DNA of 59,066 nt, filler included, from Fonticula-like sp. SCN 57-25 (lineage: Eukaryota), in assembly GCA_001724245.1 (NCBI GenBank). It is 4 parts of 4 records of this genome, joined end to end, with 100 filler letters (N's around TTAATTAATTAA, not from the genome) between each part and the next. Parts side by side here need not be neighbours in the genome. Positions count along the whole stretch, not along the records: positions 45,286 to 59,066 come from MEDX01000170.1; 3 more parts are not named here. One strand, written 5' to 3'. Positions 58,813 to 59,066 of this stretch are shown here, one piece after another; the first letter of the stretch is position 1; each line of letters starts with the position of its first letter. The translations under genes and the position numbers were made by a program. The notes beneath the pieces were generated by a model that was not told the origin of the DNA, searched no databases, and worked only from the letters and a program-made list of their open reading frames with translations.

Positions 58813-59066
58813 ATTGATTTTGATTTTGTGGTTTAATGTGCTTTGCGGGTGGCCACATGGCTCGTGCGTGTGTGGCCGTTTAGTGTATTTGGATTTTTGC
58901 TCTTTTTTCGCTGATGCTGCTGTTTTGTTTTGGTGTTTGGGCCATAGTATTGTCACGCTGCCCCTCCAGAAAATGTAAGTTTGTGATTTGAAAATTTGCC
59001 CCCGACCAATCAGAGTACAGATACGAATAGTGACAGCGAACGATGACAGCAAACGCGCGGGAAGTC

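Overview
Compact, GC-rich, intron-dense eukaryotic DNA. Introns are mostly ~40-60 nt with GT(A/G)CG(C/T) donors and CTRAC branch points. Three 100-nt N-linkers containing TTAATTAATTAA split the window into four contigs; genes are cut at these joins, so adjacency across them is probably artificial. About 35 protein-coding genes can be reconstructed by manual splicing: CSN3-like, TMEM106-like, GLTSCR1/BICRA-domain, two ZIP zinc transporters, YIPF, AP1M, a Diaphanous-type formin, TMEM94, MCM8, a hidden profilin-like gene, ORMDL, an EGF/GPI surface protein, an RRM protein, TAF1C/Rrn6, ARMC1, RIO2, SAM-SAM-U-box, Sqs1-like R3H/G-patch, MOB2, FARSA, PUS3, two C2H2 proteins, MGAT4-like, RPN7, fungal-type Ras2, EIF1AD, an SREBP-type bHLH, a GT77-like transferase, a Myc/Max/Mxd-type bHLH-ZIP, a Cip/Kip/KRP-type CDK inhibitor, NUF2 and three unassigned genes. 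The mix of fungal-type genes (Ras2, Mob2) and genes mostly known from animals or plants (ARMC1, TMEM94, CKI, Max-like) suggests a unicellular opisthokont, possibly a nucleariid-like holomycotan; this is inference. The most interesting signals are: (1) a head-to-head Max/Mxd-like bHLH and CDK-inhibitor pair sharing a promoter with a perfect ACCACGTGGT E-box, plus E-boxes upstream of ribosome-biogenesis genes; (2) promoter motif arrays with 10-11 bp period, notably 7 x GTCGGTTAYG; (3) a five-exon profilin-like gene absent from the ORF track; (4) a possible CUG start in perfect Kozak context. No tRNA, rRNA, transposon or CRISPR array was found. All family assignments come from remembered motifs, not from database searches.
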